A stretch of 64,000 bases of DNA from an uncultured Lachnospiraceae bacterium (GCA_949287925.1 CASEIR010000009.1:3511-67510); one strand, 5' to 3'; positions 19,345-30,391 are shown, counted from the first letter of the stretch. Notes: generated by a model from the sequence alone, not told the origin. Program-made: numbers and translations.

Positions 19345-20319
19345 ATGGCTAGTGGAATATGTGTTTATGCAGAGAATTATAATGGTAAGATCGAACCGGT
19401 TACTGCTGAGCTGATTTCCGCAGCGCATCTGATCAAAGAAGTTACAGGAGAAAAGATTCAGGCCATGGTTGCGGGATCTGACTGTGATACGCTTGTGGAT
19501 CAGCTGATGGAGTCCGGCGTCGACGAGATCTATGCAGTGAGGACCAAAAGAGATGGGCTCTTTCAGGACGATGCGCAGAGCCAGATGATCGCGGATATGA
19601 TCCGTAAGATCGATCCCTCCAGCGTTCTGGTTCCGGCAACCGTTATGGGACGGTCCATCTTCTCAAGAGCCGCGGCGAAACTGGGCTGTGGTCTGACCGC
19701 TGACTGTACGGAGCTTCTGGCAGACAAGAGAGAAGATGGTTCCTTCTATATTAAACAAAATAAGCCGTCTTTTGGTGAAAATGTATTTGTTACCATCGTG
19801 ACCAGAGAAGGATTCACTCCCCAGATGATGACGGTGAGACCGGGTGTCTATATGCCGTATGAAGGATCCGGACTGGCAGAGGTAACTTATCTGGATATTC
19901 CGCTTCCAGAATCGAAGATTGAGATTGTGGAAGCAGCTCCGGCAGCAATGGAAACGGATAGCATCCTGTCTGCGGAGATTGTGGTAGTAGGCGGACGCGG
20001 GGCGGAAGAGGAAGAGAGTTTCGCTCTGCTGAAAGCCTTTGCAGAGAAGCTGGGCGCCGCCATTGGCGGCACCAGACCTCTGGCCGATACCGGACAGATC
20101 CCGTTTGATCATCAGATCGGGCAGACGGGATTCACCATCCGGCCGAAGATCTGTATCTCTCTTGGCGTATCCGGAGCGATTCAGCATACAGAAGGAATCA
20201 AGGATACGAAGCTGCTGGTGGCCATTAATACCGATGAACATGCGCCGATTTATAATATAGCTGATTATGGTATGGTGGCTGACCTCAATGAAGTCTTGAA
20301 AGAATATTTGACGTTATAG
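19345..20319 (+). CDS. etfA: Electron transfer flavoprotein alpha subunit
   Basis: GLTADCT, VVGGRG, QIGQTG, GVSGAIQH, AINTD..API. Confidence 0.92.
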   Translation: MASGICVYAENYNGKIEPVTAELISAAHLIKEVTGEKIQAMVAGSDCDTLVDQLMESGVDEIYAVRTKRDGLFQDDAQSQMIADMIRKIDPSSVLVPATVMGRSIFSRAAAKLGCGLTADCTELLADKREDGSFYIKQNKPSFGENVFVTIVTREGFTPQMMTVRPGVYMPYEGSGLAEVTYLDIPLPESKIEIVEAAPAAMETDSILSAEIVVVGGRGAEEEESFALLKAFAEKLGAAIGGTRPLADTGQIPFDHQIGQTGFTIRPKICISLGVSGAIQHTEGIKDTKLLVAINTDEHAPIYNIADYGMVADLNEVLKEYLTL

Positions 20320-20405
20320 TTCCCCCAAATAGATAATGCGAAACCGAGGGATTGCTGTTATAATGATTTATAGCAGCAATCCCTCAAACATGGACAGAAG
20401 AAAGG

Positions 20406-20936
20406 ATGGAGAAAATGGAATTATTAGAAATTATGAGACGAAGACGCAGTATCAGAAAATATACACAGGAGGAGATCCCGGCGGAGATCCTGACAAAGAT
20501 CCTGCAGGCAGGGCTGTTGTCTGCATCCGGTAAGGCAAAGCGTCCCTGGGAGTTTATTGTTGTAAAGGATAAGGCAATGCTGGAAGAACTCTCCGGCTGC
20601 CGTGCAGGTGGAGTCGCAATGCTCAAAGAAGCTACCTGTGCCATTGTTGTGATCGGAGACGCAGAAGCACAGGATGTCTGGGTGGAGGACTGTTCCGTAG
20701 CAATGGCTAATATGCATCTGATGGCAGACAGCCTGGGTGTGGGCAGCTGCTGGGTACAGGGACGGCTTCGGAATGCGGATGAAGTCTCCACCAACGATTA
20801 TGTGAAAGAACGAATGGGATATCCGGACAATTACCAGCTTCAGGCTATTCTGTCTCTGGGTATGCCCGCGGCAGAACCGCCGGCATATGAGCTGGACCAG
20901 CTTCCCATGGAGAAGGTACATTACGAAAAATTTTAA
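20406..20936 (+). CDS. Nitroreductase family protein
   Basis: RRSIRKY, PWEFIVV, GVGSCW. Confidence 0.9.
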   Translation: MEKMELLEIMRRRRSIRKYTQEEIPAEILTKILQAGLLSASGKAKRPWEFIVVKDKAMLEELSGCRAGGVAMLKEATCAIVVIGDAEAQDVWVEDCSVAMANMHLMADSLGVGSCWVQGRLRNADEVSTNDYVKERMGYPDNYQLQAILSLGMPAAEPPAYELDQLPMEKVHYEKF

Positions 20937-20947
20937 ATGTTTATAGT

Positions 20948-20990
20948 AAAAAAAGAAGCTGCCGGCCATAGACGGGAAGCTTCTTTTTTT
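20948..20990. terminator. Bidirectional terminator
   Basis: A7-GAAGCT..AGCTTC-T7 between convergent genes. Confidence 0.7.
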
Positions 20991-20997
20991 AATGCTT

Positions 20998-22350
20998 TTA
21001 GTTGGCGGTCAGCCGCTTCCTGCGCCGGAAATAGTAGGGAATCAGGCAGCAGGCCGTGGCGCCCCAGGCAAGGGGATAGCTGTAGAGCAGCGTAGATAAT
21101 TCACCAGTGAGCGGCGTGACGAAAAGGATCCAAGACAGCCGGACGATCAGAACGCCGCCCATGGCGATCAGTGTCGGGGCCAATACATCGCCGATTCCGC
21201 GCAGAGCGCCAGAGAAAATCTCCACAAAGATATAGATAATATAGCTTGGAGTGATGAGTCTGAGCATATATATGCCGATTTCTACAACTTCCGGATCGGT
21301 GGTGAAAGCATAATAAAGCGGCTGGCAGAAAGCAAACAGGAATGCAATCAGGGCGATGCCGACGCCAAGAGCCATGGCCAGGCATACCCGTACACTTTTC
21401 AGAATACGCGGGTATTTTCTGGCCCCATAATTCTGCCCGGCGAAAGTGGCGATGGTGATGCCAAAAGACCCGCAGACGGTCCAGAAGATGGCGTCCAGCT
21501 TACCAAATGCAGCCCAGGCCGCAGCTGTATCTGTGCCAAAGCTGTTGATAACAGCCTGAATGATGATGTTAGAAATACTGTAAGCACATGATTGCAGGCC
21601 GCCCGGCAGACCGATTCGCAGCTCCGGTTTCAAAAGGTCTTTGTGGATCCGTATGGCACGAAGCCGGAGCTTCAGCAGGTCATAAGAAATCATAAGGGAC
21701 CGTGTCACCAGGATGGCGCTGACTCCTTGGGAGATTACAGTAGCTATAGCAGCTCCGGCAATTCCCATGTCCAGGAAGATAACAGCAACGATATCCAGAA
21801 TAATATTGAGAAAGCAACAGATGATCAGATAATAAAGCGGACGCTTGGAATCTCCTAAAGCCCGCATAATAGCAGACCCCATGTTATAGATCAGGGTAAA
21901 TAGGATTCCCAGAAAATAGATCCGAAGATACAGGATGGAATCCGGGATCGTATCTGCCGGCGTTTTCAGAATCCGGAGGAGGGCAGGGGTTGCGAACCAT
22001 CCCACTGCAGAAATCAGTACACTGACCAGTAAAGAAAAGGCATAGGCTGTATGGAGACCTTTGTTCAGATTTCGCACGTCTTTGGCACCGTAATACTGGG
22101 AGATAATTACGGTAGCGCCTGCTGACAGGCCGGTGAAAAAGCCAATGACGAAATTCGACAGAACGGCGGCAGATCCCCCTACGCTGGCAAGCGCCTGTTT
22201 CCCTACAAAGCGTCCTACAATTACAGCATCTACCGTATTATACAGTTGTTGAAATAACGTTCCTACAACGATAGGAAAGAAGAAGATCAGAAGATGTTTC
22301 CAGATGACACCTTCCGTAATTGGATTGGTAGCTGTTTGTTCTTTTTTCAT
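20998..22350 (-). CDS. MATE-family efflux transporter
   Basis: FQQLYNTVD..IVG, RALGDSKRP, NIILD, GAAIATVISQ, GQNYGA. Confidence 0.93.
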   Translation of the reverse strand: MKKEQTATNPITEGVIWKHLLIFFFPIVVGTLFQQLYNTVDAVIVGRFVGKQALASVGGSAAVLSNFVIGFFTGLSAGATVIISQYYGAKDVRNLNKGLHTAYAFSLLVSVLISAVGWFATPALLRILKTPADTIPDSILYLRIYFLGILFTLIYNMGSAIMRALGDSKRPLYYLIICCFLNIILDIVAVIFLDMGIAGAAIATVISQGVSAILVTRSLMISYDLLKLRLRAIRIHKDLLKPELRIGLPGGLQSCAYSISNIIIQAVINSFGTDTAAAWAAFGKLDAIFWTVCGSFGITIATFAGQNYGARKYPRILKSVRVCLAMALGVGIALIAFLFAFCQPLYYAFTTDPEVVEIGIYMLRLITPSYIIYIFVEIFSGALRGIGDVLAPTLIAMGGVLIVRLSWILFVTPLTGELSTLLYSYPLAWGATACCLIPYYFRRRKRLTAN

Positions 22351-22426
22351 AACGTATCCCCGATAAGAATTGAATATAGTTCTGTCTCTATCATAGCATA
22401 TTTTAAAGAAGAAACAAGAAAAGAAA

Positions 22427-22454
22427 AGGCTCCGGGAGAATTCTCCCGGAGCTT
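22427..22454. terminator. Hairpin terminator after the cell wall hydrolase gene
   Basis: GCTCCGGGAGAA/TTCTCCCGGAGC inverted repeat; the A-rich flank gives a T tract on the minus strand. Confidence 0.65.
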
Positions 22455-22466
22455 ATCTGATATCAT

Positions 22467-23540
22467 TTAGAAAAATACGTTTCCGCCGATATTTATACCG
22501 GAGGCGCCGCTGGAGGCGGCCCGGAAACTATAGCAGTTCAGCACGGCGCTGTGCCGGGTTCCGGCCAGAGCTGCTTTGGCAACGGAATAGGCTGTGTTGG
22601 AGGCGCCGTTTGCAAGTACCCGGTCCAGAGAACCGTTCCAGGTGGGAGAAAACTGTCCCGACTGATAGATTACGCCTTTCAGCGTGTTGGGGTAGCTTGG
22701 GCTTTCCAGACGGTTCATAATCACAGTTGCTACCGCAAGCAGGCCGTCGTAATTGGATGGCCCGGCTTCGCACTGTAAAATTGCGGCGAAAAGCGCGATA
22801 TCACTGACAGACGCATCTACGGAAGAACCGTTGTTTGTATTGGAAGAACCGCTTCCGGAGCTGTTCTCTGGAGAAAGAGATCCAGATACCTGATTATTCT
22901 GGGCAGTCTTGCTAGCTTCTTCGGCAGCCTTTGCCTGTTCCAGAGCTTCCTGGTATTTTGCCAGTTCTCCAGAGGCTGAATTGATTTTTGAGGTGAGATC
23001 CTGCTGTTTGGATTCCAAACTCTGCTGCAGGGAAGCAAGCTCTTCCTGCTGGGATTTCAAATCTTCCTGTTTCTGTTCCACGTCATTGCAGATCTGTCGG
23101 AGCTGATCCAGCATAGAACGGTCATATTCACTAATTACAGTGATATATTCTGCATTATTCAGAAAATCACTCATGCTTTCGGAAGAGAGCAGTACATGAA
23201 GGAGAGAAGAATTTCCGCCTTCATACATGAATTTGATCCGGTCTTTCATAGCTTCGTATTGGTTGTCTACGTTTAATTCCGCGGAGGCCAGATCAAGTTT
23301 TGCTGTTTCAATCTGAGCAGCCAGATCTTCAATCTGGACAGATGCATTTTCAAGTTCGACGGTCAGATCCGATAATTCTCTGTTCAGATCATCTATCTCT
23401 GTTTCCAGTCCGGATGTGGTCTGTGCCAGTTCATTGGAAGAAGGGGCGGCAGATACAGCCGGGGTTATAGAGGCAATCATTGCGGCGCTCATACAGAGTG
23501 CAAGAGCAGGCCTCAAAATATGTTTTTTGTTTTGTCTCAT
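22467..23540 (-). CDS. Secreted coiled-coil protein with C-terminal cell wall hydrolase (SleB/Hydrolase_2) domain
   Basis: Signal peptide, PcsB-like coiled coil, Ser-rich linker, CEAG..AVATVIMNR..YPNT..GVIYQ.GQF. Confidence 0.85.
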   Translation of the reverse strand: MRQNKKHILRPALALCMSAAMIASITPAVSAAPSSNELAQTTSGLETEIDDLNRELSDLTVELENASVQIEDLAAQIETAKLDLASAELNVDNQYEAMKDRIKFMYEGGNSSLLHVLLSSESMSDFLNNAEYITVISEYDRSMLDQLRQICNDVEQKQEDLKSQQEELASLQQSLESKQQDLTSKINSASGELAKYQEALEQAKAAEEASKTAQNNQVSGSLSPENSSGSGSSNTNNGSSVDASVSDIALFAAILQCEAGPSNYDGLLAVATVIMNRLESPSYPNTLKGVIYQSGQFSPTWNGSLDRVLANGASNTAYSVAKAALAGTRHSAVLNCYSFRAASSGASGINIGGNVFF

Positions 23541-23656
23541 ATGTACCTTATCCTTTCGCTTGTATGCAAATACCGAAATATTATACAACAAATTGCTTTA
23601 TAAATCAAATTTTGTTAGAATAAGATAGATCATGTATATTTTAGGGGGATTTCCGT

Positions 23657-24259
23657 ATGAAAAAGTACGAAGAAGATAAATACAGGTATGAGAATATCAT
23701 AGATCAGGTGTATCCCTGGGTAAAATCTGAACTGACAGATTCTAAAGCGCTGAACGGCAAACATTTTTCTGAGAAAGATACGCCTGTAATAGCATTTGCA
23801 GGCGATTTGAAGATTATATTTGTTATAAAACGGGGAGAGGATGTATTCGAGGTCCTGAAAGATAATATGCTTCCTCCGGAATGTGATATAGAAGAACTAT
23901 ATCATAAAGCCTGCGAAAATCTGATCCGGGATGTGGAATTTGTAATTGCCAATACCTGGTATGGTGCATTTGCGATTCTGGCCGATGGACATCACGAGGC
24001 CAGCGCGGTCTGCTTTAAACATATCTGGCAGGTGTGTGTAGATAAGCTGAAGGATGATCTGATCATCATGGTTCCGGCAAAAGAGATGGTTCTTTTTGCA
24101 GCTGCTGGGAATCCGGAAGTGTTACAGAAGATGGAAGAGCACGCGCAGTCGGCATATGAACAGACCGGCGACAGCATCTCCATGAAAAAATATGTATTTT
24201 TAGCTGACAGAAAGGAATTTAGAGTCTATGAAGATGAGAACGGCTCTGATCGGATTTGA
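23657..24259 (+). CDS. DUF1444 (YtpQ)-like protein
   Basis: Overall resemblance (ACENL, DG..EAS, MVP) by recall only. Confidence 0.55.
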   Translation: MKKYEEDKYRYENIIDQVYPWVKSELTDSKALNGKHFSEKDTPVIAFAGDLKIIFVIKRGEDVFEVLKDNMLPPECDIEELYHKACENLIRDVEFVIANTWYGAFAILADGHHEASAVCFKHIWQVCVDKLKDDLIIMVPAKEMVLFAAAGNPEVLQKMEEHAQSAYEQTGDSISMKKYVFLADRKEFRVYEDENGSDRI

Positions 24260-25079
24260 TCTGGACGGTACGCTGTTGACGACAGAAAAGAGACTGACGG
24301 AGTATACAAAAGATGTGTTGAAGCGGGCGTATGAAAAGGGAATCCTGCTGGTGCCTGCCACCGGAAGGCCCCTTAGCGGGATTCCTGGCGAGGTTCTGGA
24401 TCTTCCGGGAGTGCGCTATGTGATATCAGCGAATGGGGGAAGAATCATAGACACAAAACAGCAGCGTTTGATCTATGAAGAACTGGTGCCGCCAGATACG
24501 GCGCGGAAGATTCTGGAGATTTTCGGGAGATATGACGCGCTGCGGGAGATCTATTATGACGGGGTCGGCTATGCGCAGGAGGATTTCCTGAAGAACATCT
24601 CCCGGTATATGGAGCATCCGCCTATGGCGGAATATGTGCTTAACACCAGAAGACCAGTTCCGGATATCATGGCGAAGTTTGAAAAAGAGAACCGTGGAGT
24701 TGACAAAGTTCAGGGGCTGTTTGTATCTGTAGAGGACCGTGACCGGGCGCTGGCAGATATGAGGGATGTCAGAGACGTGTCCGTGACCGGAGCGCTGGAA
24801 AAAAATATCGAAGTGAACGCGGCCGGAGTGAATAAGGGCACAGCCCTGAAGGTCCTGGGAGAGCTTCTCCATATCCGCCCGGAGGATATTATGGCGTTTG
24901 GAGACGCATCGAATGATCTGGCTATGATACAGGCGGTTGGTACAGGTGTGGCCATGGAGAATGGGATTGAGGAAGTGAAACAGGCAGCAGACCATGTGGC
25001 GCCACCGAACGATGCTGACGGCGTCGCTAGATTTATAGAAGCTTATGTGCTGAATGAAGGAGGGAGAGTTATATGTTAG
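24228..25079 (+). CDS. Cof-type HAD phosphatase
   Basis: DLDGTLL, ATGR, NGG, NKG, FGDASND, AMENG. Confidence 0.92.
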   Translation: MKMRTALIGFDLDGTLLTTEKRLTEYTKDVLKRAYEKGILLVPATGRPLSGIPGEVLDLPGVRYVISANGGRIIDTKQQRLIYEELVPPDTARKILEIFGRYDALREIYYDGVGYAQEDFLKNISRYMEHPPMAEYVLNTRRPVPDIMAKFEKENRGVDKVQGLFVSVEDRDRALADMRDVRDVSVTGALEKNIEVNAAGVNKGTALKVLGELLHIRPEDIMAFGDASNDLAMIQAVGTGVAMENGIEEVKQAADHVAPPNDADGVARFIEAYVLNEGGRVIC

Positions 25080-25900
25080 ATATATTAAAAGTAATCATTC
25101 TTGGCATTGTAGAAGGAATTGCAGAATGGCTGCCTATCAGCAGCACAGGACATCTGATCCTGGTGGGCGATCTGCTTTCGCCAAGTATGAGCGATGCGTT
25201 CATGGAGATGTTCAATGTGGTGATTCAGCTGGGAGCCATTATGGCAGTAGTGGTTTTATATTTCCACAAATTGAATCCATTTTCACCTGCCAAGACAAAG
25301 AAACAGAAGCTGTTGACATGGCAGATGTGGATCAAGGTGGTAATTGCTACCGTGCCGGCTGCCGTAGTGGGGCTTTTGTTTGATGATATTCTGAATGATA
25401 TTTTCTACAAACCGTTGCCGGTGGCGGTCATGCTGATTCTGTACGGCGTGCTGTTTATCGTGGTTGAAAATCGGAATGCGGGCCGTAAGCCGGTGGTGAA
25501 CAAAATTTCAGAACTGTCGCTGAGTATGTTGCTGTGGATCGGATTTTTCCAGATGCTGGCGTTGATCCCGGGGACATCCAGGTCTGGCGCGACGATTGTT
25601 GGCGCGTTAATCATAGGAGTATCCAGAGGTGTTGCGGCAGAGTTTACATTTTTCCTGGCCATACCAGTAATGTTTGGAGCCAGTCTTCTGAAGCTGATTA
25701 AATTCGGGTTCGCATTTACGTTGGGAGAATTTGGGCTGCTGATGCTTGGTTGTGTCGTTTCTTTCTTTATGTCTATTGTGGCGATCAAGTTCCTGATGGG
25801 ATATATTAAGAAACACGATTTCAAGGTGTTTGGCTATTATCGTATTGTCCTTGGCGCTTTGATTGTGATTGTATCCGTGATTCAGATGATTCTTGGATAA
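25073..25900 (+). CDS. uppP: Undecaprenyl-diphosphate phosphatase
   Basis: [34 protein letters not shown]. Confidence 0.95.
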   Translation: MLDILKVIILGIVEGIAEWLPISSTGHLILVGDLLSPSMSDAFMEMFNVVIQLGAIMAVVVLYFHKLNPFSPAKTKKQKLLTWQMWIKVVIATVPAAVVGLLFDDILNDIFYKPLPVAVMLILYGVLFIVVENRNAGRKPVVNKISELSLSMLLWIGFFQMLALIPGTSRSGATIVGALIIGVSRGVAAEFTFFLAIPVMFGASLLKLIKFGFAFTLGEFGLLMLGCVVSFFMSIVAIKFLMGYIKKHDFKVFGYYRIVLGALIVIVSVIQMILG

Positions 25901-25903
25901 GGG

Positions 25904-25931
25904 TTGCTTTTTCAAAAAAAGATGGTATAAT
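25904..25931 (+). promoter_or_regulatory. Sigma-A type promoter for the amino-acid ABC operon
   Basis: TTGCTT-16nt-TATAAT with extended -10 TG. Confidence 0.55.
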
Positions 25932-25986
25932 TATTAGAATAGTCTGTATGAATATACAGAAATCAAAATGTATGGAGGGTGTAATT

Positions 25987-26871
25987 ATGAAAAAGTTATT
26001 GGCATTGTGCCTGACGCTCGGTCTTGCATGCGGAACACTTGCAGGATGCGGCGGAAGTGATGAGAGCGGTGACAGCAGTGAATCCGGATCGTCGGATGGA
26101 AAGGTAACCGCGCAGGTGATAGAGATGGATCTTACATCGGAAGAATATGCGTTTGGTGTAGACAAAAATCAGCCGGAGCTGCTGGAGCAGGTGAATACTT
26201 TTATAGATACAATCAAGGAAGATGGAACTTTTGACGAGATCTGTGACAAGTATTTCGGATCCGGAGAGCCGGAAGCTGTAAAGTCAGCGGAACTGGATGC
26301 TTCCAAGGATCAGCTGGTCGTAGCTACGAATGCTGCATTTGAACCATTCGAATATACAAAAGGCGATGAATATTATGGAATTGACATGGAGATTGCAGCG
26401 CTTCTTGCAGAAGATCTGGGAAAAGAGCTTGTAATCCAGAATATGGATTTTGATGCTGTATGCCTGTCTGTGGGACAGCAGAAATGCGATATTGCTATGG
26501 CAGGTCTGACGATCAATGAAGAGAGAGAAGAATATGTAACATTCTCCAATCCGTATTATGAGGCTGCACAGCGCCTGATTGTACGCAGTGACGATGATGC
26601 GTTTGCAGACTGCGCAGATGCAGATGCGATAGCTGCAAAATTGGCGGAACTGGATGATTCCGTATCCATCGGAGTTCAGCAGGGAACTACCGGTCAGTAC
26701 TATGTAGAAGGCGACGCCGACTGGGGATTTGACGGATTAGCTGCAACCTGTGTTCCTTATAAGAGCGGATCACTGGCGGTACAGGATCTTCTGAATGGAA
26801 ATATTCAGTATGTGATCATTGACGCGGCTCCGGCAACGGCAATCACAGAAGCGATCAACGAGATGCAGTAA
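25987..26871 (+). CDS. Amino-acid ABC substrate-binding lipoprotein (SBP family 3), circularly permuted
   Basis: Lipobox LAGC; ATNAAFEPFEY and GIDME motifs; the segment that is normally C-terminal is found at the N-terminus. Confidence 0.88.
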   Translation: MKKLLALCLTLGLACGTLAGCGGSDESGDSSESGSSDGKVTAQVIEMDLTSEEYAFGVDKNQPELLEQVNTFIDTIKEDGTFDEICDKYFGSGEPEAVKSAELDASKDQLVVATNAAFEPFEYTKGDEYYGIDMEIAALLAEDLGKELVIQNMDFDAVCLSVGQQKCDIAMAGLTINEEREEYVTFSNPYYEAAQRLIVRSDDDAFADCADADAIAAKLAELDDSVSIGVQQGTTGQYYVEGDADWGFDGLAATCVPYKSGSLAVQDLLNGNIQYVIIDAAPATAITEAINEMQ

Positions 26872-26895
26872 TCGTAAAGAAAGACAGGATAAGTT

Positions 26896-26932
26896 AAGAA
26901 GGAAGGCGGCAGATTAACGCCTTCCTTCTTTT
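26896..26932 (+). terminator. Intra-operon hairpin after the binding-protein gene
   Basis: AGAAGGAAGGCG..CGCCTTCCTTCT followed by TTT. Confidence 0.65.
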
Positions 26933-26946
26933 GAGAAGGGAATACT

Positions 26947-27657
26947 ATGGGGAATTTTGATCAAAAAGTAGATAAGTTTTTGGAAATATTTCTGGAACAG
27001 AATGGATATGTCAAAGTCCTGGAAGGACTTCAGAATACACTCATGATTGCGGTGACCGGCCTGATCATCGGTATTCTGATTGGAACGATCATTGCAACGG
27101 CAAGAGTTTTGCCGAAGTACAAGCTCCTTCCCAGGGTGCTGAATGGAATCTGCAGTTTCTATGTGGCTTTATTCAGAGGAACACCAATGGTGGTTCAGCT
27201 GCTGGTTTTCTATTATGTACTTCTTCCAATTATCGGATGGAAGATAACAGGCGTACAGGTTGCGATGCTTGTGTTTGGACTGAACAGCGGAGCTTATATA
27301 TCTGAGATTATGCGAAGCGGTATCCAGTCGGTGGATCCGGGACAGATGGAAGCGGGGCGTGCGGTAGGTCTTAGTTTTGGAGCAAGCATGAGCAAGATTG
27401 TCATTCCGCAGGCGGTAAAAAACATTCTTCCTACACTGGGAAATGAATTTATCGCGCTGATTAAAGAAACTTCAGTAGTCAGCTTTGTAGGTGCGGCAGA
27501 TCTTTATGTGGCGTTTAACTATATCGGAAGCAATAGTTATGAATTCATGGTGCCGTATCTGGTAATGGCCATGATCTATATTGTTCTGGTGTTGCTGATC
27601 ACACTGCTGATTAAAATCTTGGAAAGGAGCCTGAGGAAGAGTGATAGAAGTAATTAA
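26947..27657 (+). CDS. Amino-acid ABC permease (HisMQ/GlnP type)
   Basis: FRGTP..VQL, AY.SEI.RSGI, GQMEAG, PQA, NEFI.LIKETS. Confidence 0.93.
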   Translation: MGNFDQKVDKFLEIFLEQNGYVKVLEGLQNTLMIAVTGLIIGILIGTIIATARVLPKYKLLPRVLNGICSFYVALFRGTPMVVQLLVFYYVLLPIIGWKITGVQVAMLVFGLNSGAYISEIMRSGIQSVDPGQMEAGRAVGLSFGASMSKIVIPQAVKNILPTLGNEFIALIKETSVVSFVGAADLYVAFNYIGSNSYEFMVPYLVMAMIYIVLVLLITLLIKILERSLRKSDRSN

Positions 27658-28468
27658 TCTGAAAAAGAACTTCGGCAGCGCCGAAATCCTGAAAGATATC
27701 AATATCACCATCAACAAAGGGGATATTGTCGCGGTACTTGGACCTTCCGGTTCCGGTAAGAGTACCTTCCTGCGATGCCTGAACTGTATGGAGGATCCAT
27801 CCGGAGGCAGCATCATATTCAAAGGCGTGGATATTGCGGATATGAAAGTAGATATCAATGTGCACCGACGCCATATGGGAATGGTATTCCAGCATTTTAA
27901 TCTGTTTAATAATAAAACCGTGCTCCAGAATGTCATGATGGCACCGGCCTATCTGATATGTAAAGACCTGAAAAAAGCGAAGAGAAAGAACCGCAGAACG
28001 GCATTTGCTAATCTGTTCCGTGGGGGAAATAAACAGGAATTGATTCCCATTACACAGACAAAGGATCAGATTATACAGGAAGCCAGAACGCAGGCGATGG
28101 AGCTCTTGAAACGAATTGGACTGGATGATAAAGCAGACGCGTATCCGTCTACTTTATCTGGCGGACAGAAGCAGAGAGTGGCGATTATCCGTTCGCTTGC
28201 CATGGATCCTGATGTGATTCTCTTTGATGAACCGACATCCGCTCTGGATCCGGAGATGGTAGGTGAAGTTCTGGAGTTGATGAAAGAACTGGCCAGAGAC
28301 GGTATGACTATGGTTGTCGTTACGCACGAAATGGGATTTGCAAGAGAAGTGGCGTCCAGAGTCCTGTTTATGGACGAAGGGCAGATCAAAGAAGAAGCTC
28401 CTCCGGAGGAATTTTTCTCAAACCCCAAGGATCCCAGACTGAAAGAGTTTTTATCGAAAATACTGTGA
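27641..28468 (+). CDS. Amino-acid ABC ATPase (GlnQ type) with internal insertion
   Basis: [41 protein letters not shown]. Confidence 0.93.
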   Translation: MIEVINLKKNFGSAEILKDINITINKGDIVAVLGPSGSGKSTFLRCLNCMEDPSGGSIIFKGVDIADMKVDINVHRRHMGMVFQHFNLFNNKTVLQNVMMAPAYLICKDLKKAKRKNRRTAFANLFRGGNKQELIPITQTKDQIIQEARTQAMELLKRIGLDDKADAYPSTLSGGQKQRVAIIRSLAMDPDVILFDEPTSALDPEMVGEVLELMKELARDGMTMVVVTHEMGFAREVASRVLFMDEGQIKEEAPPEEFFSNPKDPRLKEFLSKIL

Positions 28469-28479
28469 CATTTAGAAAG

Positions 28480-28555
28480 AAAAAAGAAGAGCAGAGGAAT
28501 CAATGGTGAAGGCAAGGGATTTAATAACATTGATTTCTCTGCTACTCTTTTTTTG
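28480..28555. terminator. Long bidirectional terminator-like hairpin
   Basis: AAAAAAGA..AGCAGAG..AATCAATG / CATTGATT..CTCTGCT..TCTTTTTT between convergent genes. Confidence 0.6.
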
Positions 28556-28615
28556 CATTATTGCACCCAAAGTGCTCAAACAAGGGAAAATATGTCATAA
28601 AAAGGTAAACGTTTA

Positions 28616-29038
28616 CTATATCGGAAGTTCCAGATAGATATCTTTTCCTTCTTTGATAGAAATTACTACTTTTCCGTGCTTAACGGTTGTTACAGCACCG
28701 GAAACACTGATCTCTGCGGCCTGAGAGGTGGGCTCTTCAGTCTCAGCTGCGGTATCGTCTCCGGCATCCTCGCTCATGGATGCTTCTTCTTTATAACCAT
28801 CTACATTGTCTGGGGTTAACGGTGACAAAGAATCACTTGTCTTAGTCAGTTTGGCGCCTAAAACCTGTCCGATCTTCAGACATCCATCCAGATTCAGTAA
28901 ACCGGAATCAACTAATTCATCAAAAATCGCCGGATCTTCCAGATTGGCGGCTTCAATTGTGATACCTTCTTCTGCCCGGCAGCATAACACGGCTGGGTCA
29001 TTTGCATGTGCCTTTGCGGTTTCTGCAGTAATAGACAT
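28616..29038 (-). CDS. Stand-alone homologue of the N-terminal region of D-proline reductase proprotein PrdA (140 aa)
   Basis: MSITAETAKAHANDPAVLCCRAEEG...LEDPAIF..L.DSGLL...IGQVLGAKL...SIKEGKDIYLELP closely matches my recollection of clostridial PrdA N-termini; stop after 140 aa; AGGAGG RBS. Confidence 0.8.
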   Translation of the reverse strand: MSITAETAKAHANDPAVLCCRAEEGITIEAANLEDPAIFDELVDSGLLNLDGCLKIGQVLGAKLTKTSDSLSPLTPDNVDGYKEEASMSEDAGDDTAAETEEPTSQAAEISVSGAVTTVKHGKVVISIKEGKDIYLELPI

Positions 29039-29069
29039 TGCTGTTACCTCCTTATTCATATCTATAACC

Positions 29070-29098
29070 AGTATAATCTGGACGGAATGAGATGGCAA
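29070..29098 (-). promoter_or_regulatory. Sigma-A promoter of the mini-PrdA gene
   Basis: Minus strand TTGCCA-17nt-TATACT. Confidence 0.7.
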
Positions 29099-29332
29099 AT
29101 CGCTTTTTTTTATGTTTCGAACAGGCTATAGGAAACATCTATAAATCGGCAAGAGGGCTGCCTACGAATACGGGTATGGATCTGCGTCCTCAGATAAAGT
29201 AAAAAAACTGTAAAGAAATAATAATATTCTTTTATGAACAAAAACCGTATGGTATAATTTTAGTAATTATTTGTTCAAATGGTAAATACAAATGAAAATT
29301 CAGTTTTATGAAAGAAGAAGGATAAGGAGTAA

Positions 29333-30391
<1,059 letters not shown>

